Under the pieces are notes generated by a model, which was not told where the DNA came from, did no database searches, and saw only the letters and a program-made list of their open reading frames with translations. The translations under genes and the position numbers were made by a program. Below are positions 19,625 through 30,691 of a stretch of DNA of 64,000 bases, piece after piece; the first letter of the stretch is position 1; every line of letters begins with the position of its first letter. This DNA is from an uncultured Verrucomicrobiae bacterium (lineage in GTDB: Bacteria; Verrucomicrobiota; Verrucomicrobiia; Chthoniobacterales; UBA10450): positions 32,001 through 96,000 of the forward strand of contig CAVSDR010000007.1 of NCBI GenBank assembly GCA_963726745.1, given 5' to 3'.

Positions 19625-20607
19625 TACATCGGCTGCGCAGTGCGGCGTCGAGCGAGGCCCACCTGTCTCCGCAACGGCTTACTTTTCGCTTTGAAGGCGA
19701 CGAGCGCCGCTTCAGCTAGCCAGCGAGGACCAGGGCGCAAGGCCTCGCCGGCGCGAAGCTGACTGAGGCAAGCCTCCAACTCATCAATCGAAAGAAAATG
19801 CCGCGCGAACTCCAAAACGATTTCGGAATAGCGGCGCCGTGCGAGAAAGGCCAATCGCCGGCCGAGATCGCGGTCCATTATGAACGCAAAGTTATTTATT
19901 ACACGCGCAAGATCTCGGATGTTTTCGCCGGTTCTAATCTGCGCGGATGTTGTCGCCGACTTATGTTCTCGCCAGCAAGCCAGCAGGTGGGGATGATAAT
20001 AAATTGGATAGTGTGCGGCCAGCCGAATCCACATGTCCCAATCTAGTGCATGCGTCAGGGCGGGATTGTAGCCGCCCACTTGTTCGTAGGCAGTTTTCCG
20101 GACGACGATCGACGCGCACACAATCTTGTTCTCTACAGCAACACGCTCCAGTGCGTGCGGCAGCAGGCCTGCCTGCTCCTCTTCGCGAGCCGCTTCGCGG
20201 GTCACTTGGCCATCTTGGTCGCAGTAGCCGTTTCGTGTGAAGGCAGCCCCGGCATAAGGGTGTTGCTCCAAAGCTGTCCTTAATGTGTCGTAGAAGCCCG
20301 GAAGCACGAAGTCGTCCTGGTGTAGGATGTGTATCCACTGCCCTTGCGCCAGCTTGATGCAGCGGTTCCAAATGTGGGCCAATCCGACGTTCGCGGGTTC
20401 GCGGTGGATCTGGACGCGCTCTCCCGCAAGCTTCTGAACAAGCTTGGCAGGCGGACCAGATCTCGAACCATCGTCCACAAGGACGATCTGCATCAAGCTC
20501 GGCCCGGGATCCTGCTGCAATACGCTGCATAACGCTTCCTCAAGAAACTGTTCTGAGGGATTAAACGTCGGAATCATGACCGACCAATATGGCTGCAGAT
20601 TAGTCAT
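19624..20607 (-). CDS. Glycosyltransferase family 2
   Basis: SVMIPTFN, VDDGS, LHQDD, DWDMWIR. Confidence 0.92.
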   Translation of the reverse strand: MTNLQPYWSVMIPTFNPSEQFLEEALCSVLQQDPGPSLMQIVLVDDGSRSGPPAKLVQKLAGERVQIHREPANVGLAHIWNRCIKLAQGQWIHILHQDDFVLPGFYDTLRTALEQHPYAGAAFTRNGYCDQDGQVTREAAREEEQAGLLPHALERVAVENKIVCASIVVRKTAYEQVGGYNPALTHALDWDMWIRLAAHYPIYYHPHLLACWREHKSATTSAQIRTGENIRDLARVINNFAFIMDRDLGRRLAFLARRRYSEIVLEFARHFLSIDELEACLSQLRAGEALRPGPRWLAEAALVAFKAKSKPLRRQVGLARRRTAQPM

Positions 20608-20868
20608 GACTACTGCTTGTGACGGGTTTTCGTGACTGCGCTTGCATACTATCCTAAACCCCCGTTTTAAGAGTCGAGAGCTCGATGCTTACCAGGAATC
20701 ACCATCCAGAGTTAGATGCAATCGACACGCCTGAGGCTCACCTCCCGACGTTCGCGCTGAGATAAACTGGGGCAGCGAATACGGAACGCCTTCTCATCTT
20801 GAGCCCGCTCAGAGCTATGGATACCAAAAATCTATCAGCCGCAACGGCCAGCGCGATAGCATGCCGTG

Positions 20869-22188
20869 TCAGGGCACATCATAGAGTCGCCTGCGAATAT
20901 AAGCGATCCGCTGTTTCATTACCTTTGCGAGGACGACAGGAGAATAGTGTGTCTCAATCGTCTGTCGCCCCGCTTTTCCCATCCTTTGTGAAAGAGAAGA
21001 GTCATTCGCAACGCGCCGCATAAGGTCTGCCGCCTCTTCGATCTTCGGCTCCGCCCAAAATTGCTCGCCGGAATAAGGGCCGCAGTCCTGTCCGATTCGT
21101 TCGAGGTCGTATCCGACACCCATAGAGTTCTCTGGCGTCATGTAGTCGGTGTTCCCCGACCAATTTGTCGCAATCACTGGCTTACCCCTTGCCATCGCTT
21201 CGGCCGGCCCCAGGCCGAACCCCTCGGAACGATGAAGAGAAACAAAACAATCCGCGGTGTTCCCCAGCGAATCCAATTCGGCCCGATTCATGATTCGATC
21301 TATCAAATAAATGTTCGGATAATCGGAGATGGCTTCGCGCAGAGCGTTCATCTCTACGGCTGCGCTCGCGGAATTATTGACCTTGAGCACAAGCCCGACC
21401 TGACGGTCGCTAGGCGAAAACGCACCTTTGAAGGCGGCTATTGCACCCTCGGGATTCTTGCGACGAAGGAAGCTGTGGGCATCGCAAGAGTTAAAGAAGA
21501 GAAAAGCCTTCTCAGGCAACCCGAAATCGCATCTCCCACTTGACCCGCCATCATTCACATACACCGGAACCGGCATCCGGAAGACTGGCACGGGAGAAAC
21601 GAGAGCCAGCGCGTCGTGAATGAACCGACTGCCCGCCCATACCTCGTCCACTAAAGCGAAGCTTTCTCTCCAACTATCCGGAATTTCGGGAAGTTCCCAA
21701 AACCAGTAAGCGATAGTATAGCGCCTTTTGAAACACTCCCGTTGCCACCGTTCCGCGACATGGGCGAAATTATCTGGATTTACGACTACAACAGAGATGT
21801 CATACCGCCCCTCGGATGATTCCTTGTAGGACCATGTTAAATCCAGATGACGTGAGGGGTTGCGTTCCTCCACATTGTGAATCCCGAATTCAATCGAGCT
21901 TGCTTCGAGAGTTGCGGCTAAGCCCCGGGCCGCTTGACCAAGTCCCATTTCGGCGCGCAGGTAGCCCACCAGGTTGATTCCTTCGGGAAATTCTCGCCGC
22001 CGCCTTATCGGCGAGCGCCACCTTCTCGCGAGCGCTCTGTTTCTGTAGGCGCGCACCCGAATCTCGATGAAACTCCCGCAACGACCTCTCAAGAAGCGCG
22101 CAACGCGCCTAAGTTTCTCATTGATTAAAAAAGTAAACCGACACCCGGATCCTGAGCGATCGTTGGAAGCCGCTGCCTTCGCACGCAC
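20869..22188 (-). CDS. Glycosyltransferase family 4
   Basis: YWFWEL, RKNP, SLHRSEGFGLGPAEAM. Start tentative (GTG 22188; the ORF is open to 22359). Confidence 0.85.
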   Translation of the reverse strand: MRAKAAASNDRSGSGCRFTFLINEKLRRVARFLRGRCGSFIEIRVRAYRNRALARRWRSPIRRRREFPEGINLVGYLRAEMGLGQAARGLAATLEASSIEFGIHNVEERNPSRHLDLTWSYKESSEGRYDISVVVVNPDNFAHVAERWQRECFKRRYTIAYWFWELPEIPDSWRESFALVDEVWAGSRFIHDALALVSPVPVFRMPVPVYVNDGGSSGRCDFGLPEKAFLFFNSCDAHSFLRRKNPEGAIAAFKGAFSPSDRQVGLVLKVNNSASAAVEMNALREAISDYPNIYLIDRIMNRAELDSLGNTADCFVSLHRSEGFGLGPAEAMARGKPVIATNWSGNTDYMTPENSMGVGYDLERIGQDCGPYSGEQFWAEPKIEEAADLMRRVANDSSLSQRMGKAGRQTIETHYSPVVLAKVMKQRIAYIRRRLYDVP

Positions 22189-22211
22189 TCCGACAAGCCG
22201 GTTGAGGTCGG

Positions 22212-23444
22212 TCAAAGCGCAAAACCTCTTATGTAGTCCAGCCTCCGCTCCATCCGACGCCCGATGGCCGAAGGAGATAGTAGTTCCCGAACTGTTGTCT
22301 GACCTTCTCGACCCATCTTGGCGGCTATGGAGGGCTCTTCTACAAGTCGCCTCATCCAATAGGCAGCGTGTTCCAAATCAGGTTCTGCCCAGAACTGCTC
22401 AGCCTGATAAGGTCCAAAGTCTGTGCCCAGCTTTGTCAGGGAGTAGTTAACTCCCGCGGCGTTGCCGCTGTGCATATAATCTGTATTTCCAGACCAGTTT
22501 GTGACGATCACCGGTTTGCCAAGGCTCATCGCTTCCGCGGGCCCAAGACCAAATCCTTCCGACCGGTGGAGCGAAACGAAACTGTCACAACAGCTTAAAA
22601 GGCCATTCATTCTCTCCCGGCTCATGACTTCTTCAATCAGGTAAACTCCGGGATGCTCCCCGGCTTCCGCAAGCATCTGCTCAAGATATTCTCCGCGGTA
22701 TTCCGGATTATTGATCTTCAAGACTAAGCCCACGTCCTTTCTCGAAGGAGGAAACGCTTTCTTGAATGCCCGAAGTGTGCCGATCGGATTCTTTCGCTCA
22801 AGGTAGCTCCGGGTGTCACAGGCGGTCAGGAAGAGGAATCGATCGGAAGGAAGACGAAAGTCTTGGCGCCTCGTTCCCATTCCCGTCACCAGCTGAACCG
22901 CGATTGGGACACGATAGACCGGCACAGGAGCCTTGGCGCAAAAGGCGTCCTGAACAAAACGGCTCGCAACCCAAATCTCGTCGATGCAATCCATCGCTTC
23001 CAACCACCGGTCTGGTATCTCCGAGAGCTCCCAGAACCAGTAGGCGATGGTGTAGCGGTTCCGATACATCCGTGGTGGAAGGAGTCGAAGAATCTCTGAG
23101 AGATTGTCAGGATCCAACGTGACCACTGTGATATCATACGGTTTGCCGCTGCCCTCTTTATGCGCCCAGGAAAAGTCTGTGTGCTCGCTCGGATTGCCGG
23201 CCTCTACATTAAAAACCTGAAAGGGAAAATCGATGGCACTGAAAGCACGCGCTAACGCACGGGCGGCTTCACCAAGTCCCATTTGCGCACGGATGTAGCC
23301 AACCACGTTGACGCCATGCTTTCCGGAGGCAAAGCGGCGGCCCTGGTGCCGGGATCGGAGACATTTCATTCGGGCCGCTCGCTGTCGCTCTCTTAGCTTA
23401 CGCCAAAATGATCGAAGGCGGCCAATGATCTGAAATCGCTGCAT
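22212..23444 (-). CDS. Glycosyltransferase family 4, paralogue of the next gene
   Basis: YWFWEL, RKNP, SLHRSEGFGLGPAEAM, TNWSGNTDYM. Confidence 0.9.
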   Translation of the reverse strand: MQRFQIIGRLRSFWRKLRERQRAARMKCLRSRHQGRRFASGKHGVNVVGYIRAQMGLGEAARALARAFSAIDFPFQVFNVEAGNPSEHTDFSWAHKEGSGKPYDITVVTLDPDNLSEILRLLPPRMYRNRYTIAYWFWELSEIPDRWLEAMDCIDEIWVASRFVQDAFCAKAPVPVYRVPIAVQLVTGMGTRRQDFRLPSDRFLFLTACDTRSYLERKNPIGTLRAFKKAFPPSRKDVGLVLKINNPEYRGEYLEQMLAEAGEHPGVYLIEEVMSRERMNGLLSCCDSFVSLHRSEGFGLGPAEAMSLGKPVIVTNWSGNTDYMHSGNAAGVNYSLTKLGTDFGPYQAEQFWAEPDLEHAAYWMRRLVEEPSIAAKMGREGQTTVRELLSPSAIGRRMERRLDYIRGFAL

Positions 23445-23483
23445 GCGAGCGGCAATGAGAAGACCGGCGGACAGGCAGGAAAT

Positions 23484-24473
23484 TTAGCTTAGCCGCGCAG
23501 GTGCCCGGGCAAAGAGTCTTCTCAGGCGTGTCCGAAGCGCCAGTTTGGAACGCAGTTGCTCGATGGGCTTTTGCCAATCAAAATTCCGCAACAATAACTG
23601 ACAGGCATAACGAGGACTGCCGAAGCGGAAGCCCAATTGCCACGCTGCACGCCATGTCCCAAGCGCACCTTCTCGATTCAGAAAAGGCCGCCAAAGCACC
23701 CGCCAATTATTGATCATCACACGGCGTAATGCGCGATAATCGTCCGGTGGTATAACGCGTAGCCGGCGCACTGCCTGGTCCAATCGTTTCACAATCGAAG
23801 CCCAATCAGCGCTCAACGTCCCGATGCTACCCTGCTCAGGATGGAGACAGTAGACCGCCCCTGGCCTCAGGACGCGCCAGACTGGAAAACGGCAGAAAGC
23901 TTGCGCCTCAAAATCGACGTCATTGGCAAGACCAATGGTCAGCTCGGGCGGACCAATTTCCTGCAAAACCTGTTGGTTCCAGAGAATTGAACTCCACTGG
24001 TAGTGTCCGTATCGCATCCACTCCGCGAGATGAGCGCGAGATTCGATACGACCGGCAAGTCGCTCATTTGCCGGATTCACTGCCAGGACCTCTCCGCTGG
24101 CCGACATATGTTGAGTCTGAAACACTACCGCGCCTAGATCGGAATTCTGCCTGAGAATTGCATGAGCCTCATGCACGAAGTTGGGCAGGAGAAAGTCATC
24201 GTCTGCCAGCGGCAGGAAGTACGGCGTCTTGATCGCCCGGAAAGCTGCGTCGAAATTCGCCAATGCACCAATGTTTCTCTGATGACGTGTATAACGAACA
24301 TTCGTCCGCTCCGTCATTAATCCGCGCATGTAGGCCTCGGTGGCGTCGGTCGAAGCATTGTCGAATACGTGGACGAGCACCGGAATGCGTGTCTCTCCTA
24401 AGACACTATCCACAGCCTTCGCGAGCCGAGCTTGCCGGTTATAGGTCGGGATGACTACCGTGATTTCCCACAT
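23484..24473 (-). CDS. Glycosyltransferase family 2
   Basis: VVIPTYNR, DNASTD, LADDD. Confidence 0.9.
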   Translation of the reverse strand: MWEITVVIPTYNRQARLAKAVDSVLGETRIPVLVHVFDNASTDATEAYMRGLMTERTNVRYTRHQRNIGALANFDAAFRAIKTPYFLPLADDDFLLPNFVHEAHAILRQNSDLGAVVFQTQHMSASGEVLAVNPANERLAGRIESRAHLAEWMRYGHYQWSSILWNQQVLQEIGPPELTIGLANDVDFEAQAFCRFPVWRVLRPGAVYCLHPEQGSIGTLSADWASIVKRLDQAVRRLRVIPPDDYRALRRVMINNWRVLWRPFLNREGALGTWRAAWQLGFRFGSPRYACQLLLRNFDWQKPIEQLRSKLALRTRLRRLFARAPARLS

Positions 24474-24528
24474 AAATGGACGCCGAGATTTTAACTCCCC
24501 AAAAATCCCGAAGCAAAGAGAAGCGACT

Positions 24529-27500
24529 CTAGCGGGCCTTTAAGGCCAGGGTGTGCGTGTTGCCGGTATCGGCATCGCTCGCGGCGGTGGCGGTGCGGGT
24601 GCCGGTAGCGCCGGCGGTCGGCAACAATTGGTAGTTGCCTTGGATCGCGATCCCGCCGGAGCCCGGCAAATTGCTGGCCACGTCGAAGGCCTCGGTCATG
24701 CCCGCCGGTGGGGTAAGGCGGCGCTGCTGGCAAAGGCGTGTGCGGTCACAAGCATGTCATTGGCATAACGAGTGGTGACGCTCGGCGCGGGCTGGCTCAA
24801 GTTGCTCGCGGTTGACTGGCCACTCTCGACGTCGATGGGGTTAGCCGGATCCACGCCGCTGAAGGAGGAGATGCCGCCAGCGGAGCCGGTGGAAGAGGCA
24901 AGGCTCCAGGTATAGCTCGACGGTTCCGAAGCGCCCGCGACTTTGTAGTAGACGGCGAGCGAGTTGGAATTACCCGACGAATTGTTGATTCGGCGGACCA
25001 GGGTCCAGCCGGAGATATTGATCGTGGCCGTGCTCGGACGGATGGAGATCGCCGCTACCATGACGTCGCCTTGCGCGGTGCCGGCGGGCTTGTTGATCAC
25101 GAGCGATTGCACCCCAGAGGTGGCGCCTTTCGCTGCGCTCGACCGGAAGGTCGGCGCCGAGGTGGTGGTGGCGCTGGCTTCGTTGGAATAGCCGGAATCG
25201 CCGGCGCCGTTCGTCGCGCGGACCCGGTAGAAATACAAGGTGCCGGGAGCAAGCCCGGTGTCGGCGTAAGTCACGACGCTCGCGGCCACGGTGCCAATCT
25301 GGCTGTAGGTGCCGCCGCTGCCAGTTTTGCGCTCGATTTTGAAGCCGGTTTCATTTGCGACGTCGGACCAGGCAAGGTTCACCTGGCTGGAAGAAGCGGC
25401 CGCTGCGGTGAGGCCGGCCGGGACGGCGGGCACAGTGCCCGAGGTGCCAGTGACGCCCTTAGCTTCATTCGAGTAGGCGGAGTCGCCTGCGCTATTCGTG
25501 CTGCGCACGCGGTAGTAGTAGGTGGTGGAAGGAGTGAGGCCAGTGTTGGAGTAGCCGGTGGTGCCGGCAGGCACGGTGGCGATCTGCGCGTAGGTGCCGC
25601 CAATGCTGGTCTTGCGCTCGATCTTGAAGCCGTTCTCATTCGAGGAGGTATCGGTCCAGGAAAGATCGACCTGCGTGCTGGAGACGCCGTTGGCCGTGAG
25701 GCCGGTGGGCGCGGAGGGCTCGGTGATTAGGGAGACGTCGGTAAAGGTGGCCTGGCAAAGAGCAGTGGTGGTCCGGGAAGTGACGGCCAGCCCGACCGTG
25801 ACCGAGGCATTCATCGGGATGGAAGCGCTGCCGACCTGCGTCCAGGAGATGCCATCGCTGGCTGCAAAAGCGGTGAAGGTATTCCCCGACCGCACGAGGC
25901 GAAGCCAATACGGGGCGCCCACGGAGGGGCCGCTCGAGCTGGTGATCTTTGCGCCGGTGGCGGTCCGGGCAAGGAAGCTCACGCCCTTGCTCGGGGTGAG
26001 GACGATAGCCGCGGTTTCGGCATTCGTGGCCGTAGTCTCGCGCATCATCAAGCCAGCCTTCGCCGCCGGATCGGTGTTCTGAATGCTGGTCACGCGGGTG
26101 ACGATCTCGGCGTTTCCGGTGATGGTTTGGTAGACATATTGGAAGGCGTCGACCTGCGAGGTGATATCGGCGCCGGCGCCATTGACCGTGAAGGTGCCGC
26201 TGCTGGCGGCGTAGGAGGCACTGCCCGCTCTCCCCGTGGTTCCGATATCCTGGCTCACCCAAGGCGCGGGCAACGCGCCCGGCGCCGGAGTGGTGGCATT
26301 AGCCAGCGCGCTGTAGGCCGAGTCGCCCACGCTGTTGGTCGCCCGCACGCGATAGCTATAGGTCGTGGAAGCAACCACCGTGGTGTCACTGTAAGAGGTC
26401 ACGTTCGCCGCGGCGGTGGCGATCTGAATGAAGCTGCCGGTGGTGCCGATGCGCCGCTCGATCTTAAAGCCTGTTTCGTTCGTCGACTGGTCCGTCCACG
26501 CGAGGTCAATCCGGGAAACGTCCGTGACGGTCGCAGACAGATTACTCGGCGCTGCCGGAGGCGTCGTCGAAGTCGTATCGATCACGTAGGTTACCGTCGC
26601 GACCGCGCTATCCGTCCAGCCCGCGACCGTGGCGAAGGTCTTGACCGTGGTCGTGGCGGAGATGGCGATTGGAGTAGTATAAAGAGTCGAGCCCAGCGTC
26701 GGCGTGGTCCCATCAAGGGTATAATAGATCTGCGCTCCCGGACTGACATCGGCTAACGAGACGACTTGGGCGGTCGTGTAGGTGCCACCTGGGATACTGA
26801 AGGTCGGTGTGCCCGCCTGGAAGAAATAGCTTCCGGCGGTGTTCGTGCTCGCTTTGCCCGCGGCGATCGCGATGGCATTGAGCGTGGTGGCATTCGAGAG
26901 CGCGAGCGGGCCGCTATAAGGAGTGGAAGCGGCGCTCGCCGGAGTTCCGTCGAGCGTGTAGTAAATCTGCGCGCCCGAGGTGGAGTCGGTGATGGAGACG
27001 GAAATCGGCAGGTTATAGGTGCCCGGCAAGGGCGAAAACTGCGGCGGCGCCGTCACGGTCGAGGGATTGAAGACGACATCGACCCAGTAGTTGGAGGAGA
27101 CGGCGGTATCGGTGGGAAAAGCGCTCGAGCCGTAATGGTAAACGCCGTTGGCGCCGGCGACGCCATCAGCCGGAGCATACAACGGCGAAGCGTTCACTCC
27201 CTTGCCCGCGAAATAGTTAGAATCGTCCGCGTAGTGGCCCGTGTTGGTGTGATACGAAGCGATGTAATAAGTCCCCGCGGTGATGGGGACCGGCGTGGAG
27301 AATTGCGCCTGTTGCCAGCCGGAAGTGCTCTCGCCCGTGAAAGTGACTGTGGCCAGGAGCGTTCCATCTGTGCCCCAGAGGTTGCCGAGATGCGTGCCGG
27401 TATTCGCGCTGCTCTTATAGTAGCGAATCGCGGTGATCACGCCGTCGCGATCCGCCTTGAATCGGACTCCGAGTTCCACCGCAGAGGTGTCGGCCATGTC

Positions 27501-30308
27501 GACGAGCGTGGGGATGGCCGTGGGCGACCATAGGGTGTAGCCGCCTACGCTGGCGGCGCCGGTGGTGAACGACCATACCACATCCAGCGGCATCTTATTG
27601 CCCGCGAGATCGCGGACTCCGGTGGTTCCGCCCTTTACCGTAGCTGTGTAGATTGTTTTAGTCTTCAGGGCGGCGGCAGGCTGCAAGATGGCTGTGCGGC
27701 TGCCCGGATCGTAGGTTAACGAAACCGAAACCAAGCTTCCCGTGGCCGCTTCCTTGAGGAAGAAAGTCGCCGCCGAAAAGCTGCCGGCATTCATCGGCTC
27801 GTTGAACTGCGCCGAGACAGAGGTTAACACGCCGGCGTTGCCAAAGCCCATCTGGGGGGTGACTCCATTGATCAACGGCGGAGTAATATCGGGCGACAAA
27901 TCCGCTGCGAAGGCCACGTCGACCCAGTAATTTGACCCTTGCGAAGTGTCAGTGGGAAAGCCGCTGGCTCCATAACGGTAGAGTCCATTTCCGCCGGCGG
28001 CGCCATCCGCCGGTGCGAAGAGCGGGCCGCTCGTTAGGCTGCGTCCGGAAAAATAGCCGACATCATGGGAGTAGTGGCCGTTGTCGGTGTGATAGGACGC
28101 CACGTAATAAGTTCCGGCCGTGACTGGCACTGGCGTCGCGAGCTGGGCTTCCTGCCAGCCACTGGCCGTCTCGCTGGTGAAGGTTACGGAGCCGAGGAGG
28201 GTTCCATCGTTGCGCCAGAGATTGCCGACATGCGTGCCGAGATTGTCCGGACCCTTGTGAAAGCGCAGCGCGGTGATCCAGCCATTGCGATCGGGCTTGA
28301 AGCGGACGCCTAATTCCACCGCAAGCGGATCGGAATTTTGCAGGATCGTAGGGACCGCCGTGGGGGACCAAAGGGAGGCACGGGCGGAATTCAGCGTAAC
28401 CGTAATTGGCACCGCGGGCAGAGGCGTTTCTACCCGGCAACTATCGTCCACCGCACGGCTACGAAACGTCATCACCCCTGGAGAAGTGGGCAGCCAGGAA
28501 GCGCTCCAATTCGCTGCCCCGTAGGCCGGATGCCAGGTACTGCCGTTATCCAAGGAAACATCGACCCCTGCAGGGCGACCACCGCCCAAGTCAGTCGCCG
28601 TTCCAAAAATGGTCAACGGCGTCCAGGCGGGCACGCTCAGCGAGGCCGGCGCCTTGATCTGGGAAGCAGGAGGAAGCGTGTCGCCCGAGCTGCTAGATTT
28701 TTGCAAGCCCGCGCGGATCGTCGCCGGCTGGATGCCCATATCGGTGAAAAGGTTCACCGTTGCCTGCTGCACACGGACGTCTGCTGGAGTCCCCGGATAA
28801 TCGTGCGTGGCGTCGAGCCCCCAGGACCATTGGGCTGTGCCCGCGCCAAAAACCAATGCGCCACTGGCATGCCGATAAAGCGAAAGTGAATGCGTAGCCG
28901 TTCCCGGGCCGTAGCGGGTCCCGTAATCCTGCAGGTAATAGCCATCTACATTCAGGGTGGTGGAGGACATGGTCACCAAGCCAAGTGGGCGGTAGCCATT
29001 GTCGAGAGCCTCGTCCCATTCGTAACCCAGAAGTCCCTGAGGAAGCACCACTTTCTCCCCATCGATGAGTTGATCCAGCCCAGTATTCCGCCAAAATCTA
29101 AGCTTCCCATCCGCGCTCGAAACCGACATCGCATCCGAGCGATCCCCGTTGACTGTAAAAATCTGTCCAGAGAGCGCGTTCTCAGGCCGGCCCCCATCCG
29201 AGGGAGGACTGAAACGCGGGTCGCGCCAGGTGCCCGTCCAAGTGGAGGTGGGATCAATCTTGGCGTTGGCGTGCGTCTCCTTGTAGCAGACCAGCGTGCG
29301 ATAAGAAGTGCTCGTGCCTGCAGTGCTGTTTTCCCAGCGCGTTTTCCAGAAAATTTCGTTTCCACTGAAGAAAGCCAGGTGCACGCCAGCCGCGCGCGCC
29401 GCCTCCACGTTGGCGCGCTGCGCGCCCGACCAATATTCATCGTGTCCCACCGACAGGAACACCTTGTGCGTCTTCAAAGCCGCGGAACCGCGGCGATCGG
29501 TGTCCATCCCGGAAGCGTAGCTAACGTTGTAGCCGTTGGCTTCCAGCCAGCGGATCATCGGGTATTCGGCGGTGAAAAAGTAGCCCAGAGGCGTGCTGTC
29601 TCCGGTGCCAGGGGCACGATTATCGAACGGGCGATTATAACTGACCTTGTAAGCGCGCCCGTCGCTGGCCGGTCCGGTCCCGCCGTACAGCGTGGTCCCG
29701 CCGTAGCGGTTGTAGGCTTGCCAGGTCGTATCGGAAGTCTGGTAGAGGAGATCGGAATTTCCGAAATCATCTCGCACGATAAAGATGATGTGGCTGGCGC
29801 CGCCGGTATCGGTCCGGACCAACTTGGCCAGGTAAACTCCTGAGACCGCGCTCGAGGGAACGTTCCAGGACGCGGAGACCGCCCAGTTGCCGCAATCGTA
29901 AAGACCAGTCGAGGTCGAGCGCACGCACGCTGGCTGCGTCTGCGGCAGAGAAACAGACGGCGTGATCGTGGTTACCTTGCGCGCGCCGCGGCCATTGTAG
30001 TAACCCACCCGGTAGATATCCAACCGGTAAGCTTTCGCCGTCGTCTTGACCTTGAAACTAATCGTCTGCCCGCGATTTACACTCATGTCGGTGGCAAACC
30101 CTTGGATCGAGGTGTCGCCGGCGCCGGGCACATCCCATTCCGAGGCTAGGTTTCCGGTTACCGCGTTCTCACACGCGATCACGTTTCCGCAGGGAGTCTG
30201 CGCCTCCGTCCATCCGATCAGGCAGCAAAAGAGGAAAGCGAAAACGCTCCACCAGCACGAAGATTTTCCGCGCGCGGCGCGAGATAAGAGACGGTCGGGA
30301 GACGCCAC
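24529..30308 (-). CDS. Giant secreted multidomain protein (dimethylformamidase-beta-like domain, Ig-like, 2x DUF4082-like, 2x chitobiase/HexC-like, 3x FN3, lectin-like); frameshift near the 3' end
   Basis: Signal peptide, TWQAYN/KVSYNRP/SVGHDEYWS motifs, two VELGVRFK…NYWVDV repeats, two IYYTLDGT repeats, three ETGFKIER-type FN3 repeats. The computed ORF stops at 24696, but the protein continues in another frame (TPPAGMTEAFD…LALKAR*) to 24529. Confidence 0.85.
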
Positions 30309-30691
30309 TACACTCAGCAGGCAAGTCGTGTGCCGCGAGTGATTCTCTGCTAACTGTCGGCGCCCGATTCATCGTGCAAACAGCTCGCGGATAGCACGTT
30401 AGGATATGGCAATTTCACGATTTAGAAATGACGCGAATAGTCGAACTACTAGAAAAATGTAAGCTTTTCCGTCTTCTCGAAAGAGGCCCGCTCGGCCGCA
30501 GGTCATTTTGTTATCGGTCATACCGCCTTTTCCAACCGACCCTGCGCTGCAGCACTTCGAACCGATCCAACCGCTCATCGGACCCAACCGAAGCAGGAGA
30601 AAGTAGCCAATGGCTTGGCAAAGATTCCGCACAAGATCGGCTGAAAAGGTCGGGATGAAGGCGATCACTTTTGGGTCAAGATGCAGCTAAT

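Noticed and set aside
25170..28370. Repeated DNA segments that could suggest an array or DGR template/variable repeats
   Set aside because: They are diverged in-frame protein domain repeats (FN3, DUF4082-like); no spacers, reverse transcriptase or adenine-specific mismatch pattern seen.
30616..30631. GG-N10-GC (TGGCAAAGATTCCGCA) on the plus strand
   Set aside because: It points antisense to all genes and lacks the T before the -12 GC.
30399..30668. 89-aa ORF in the intergenic gap
   Set aside because: No motif or clear RBS, and atypical composition.
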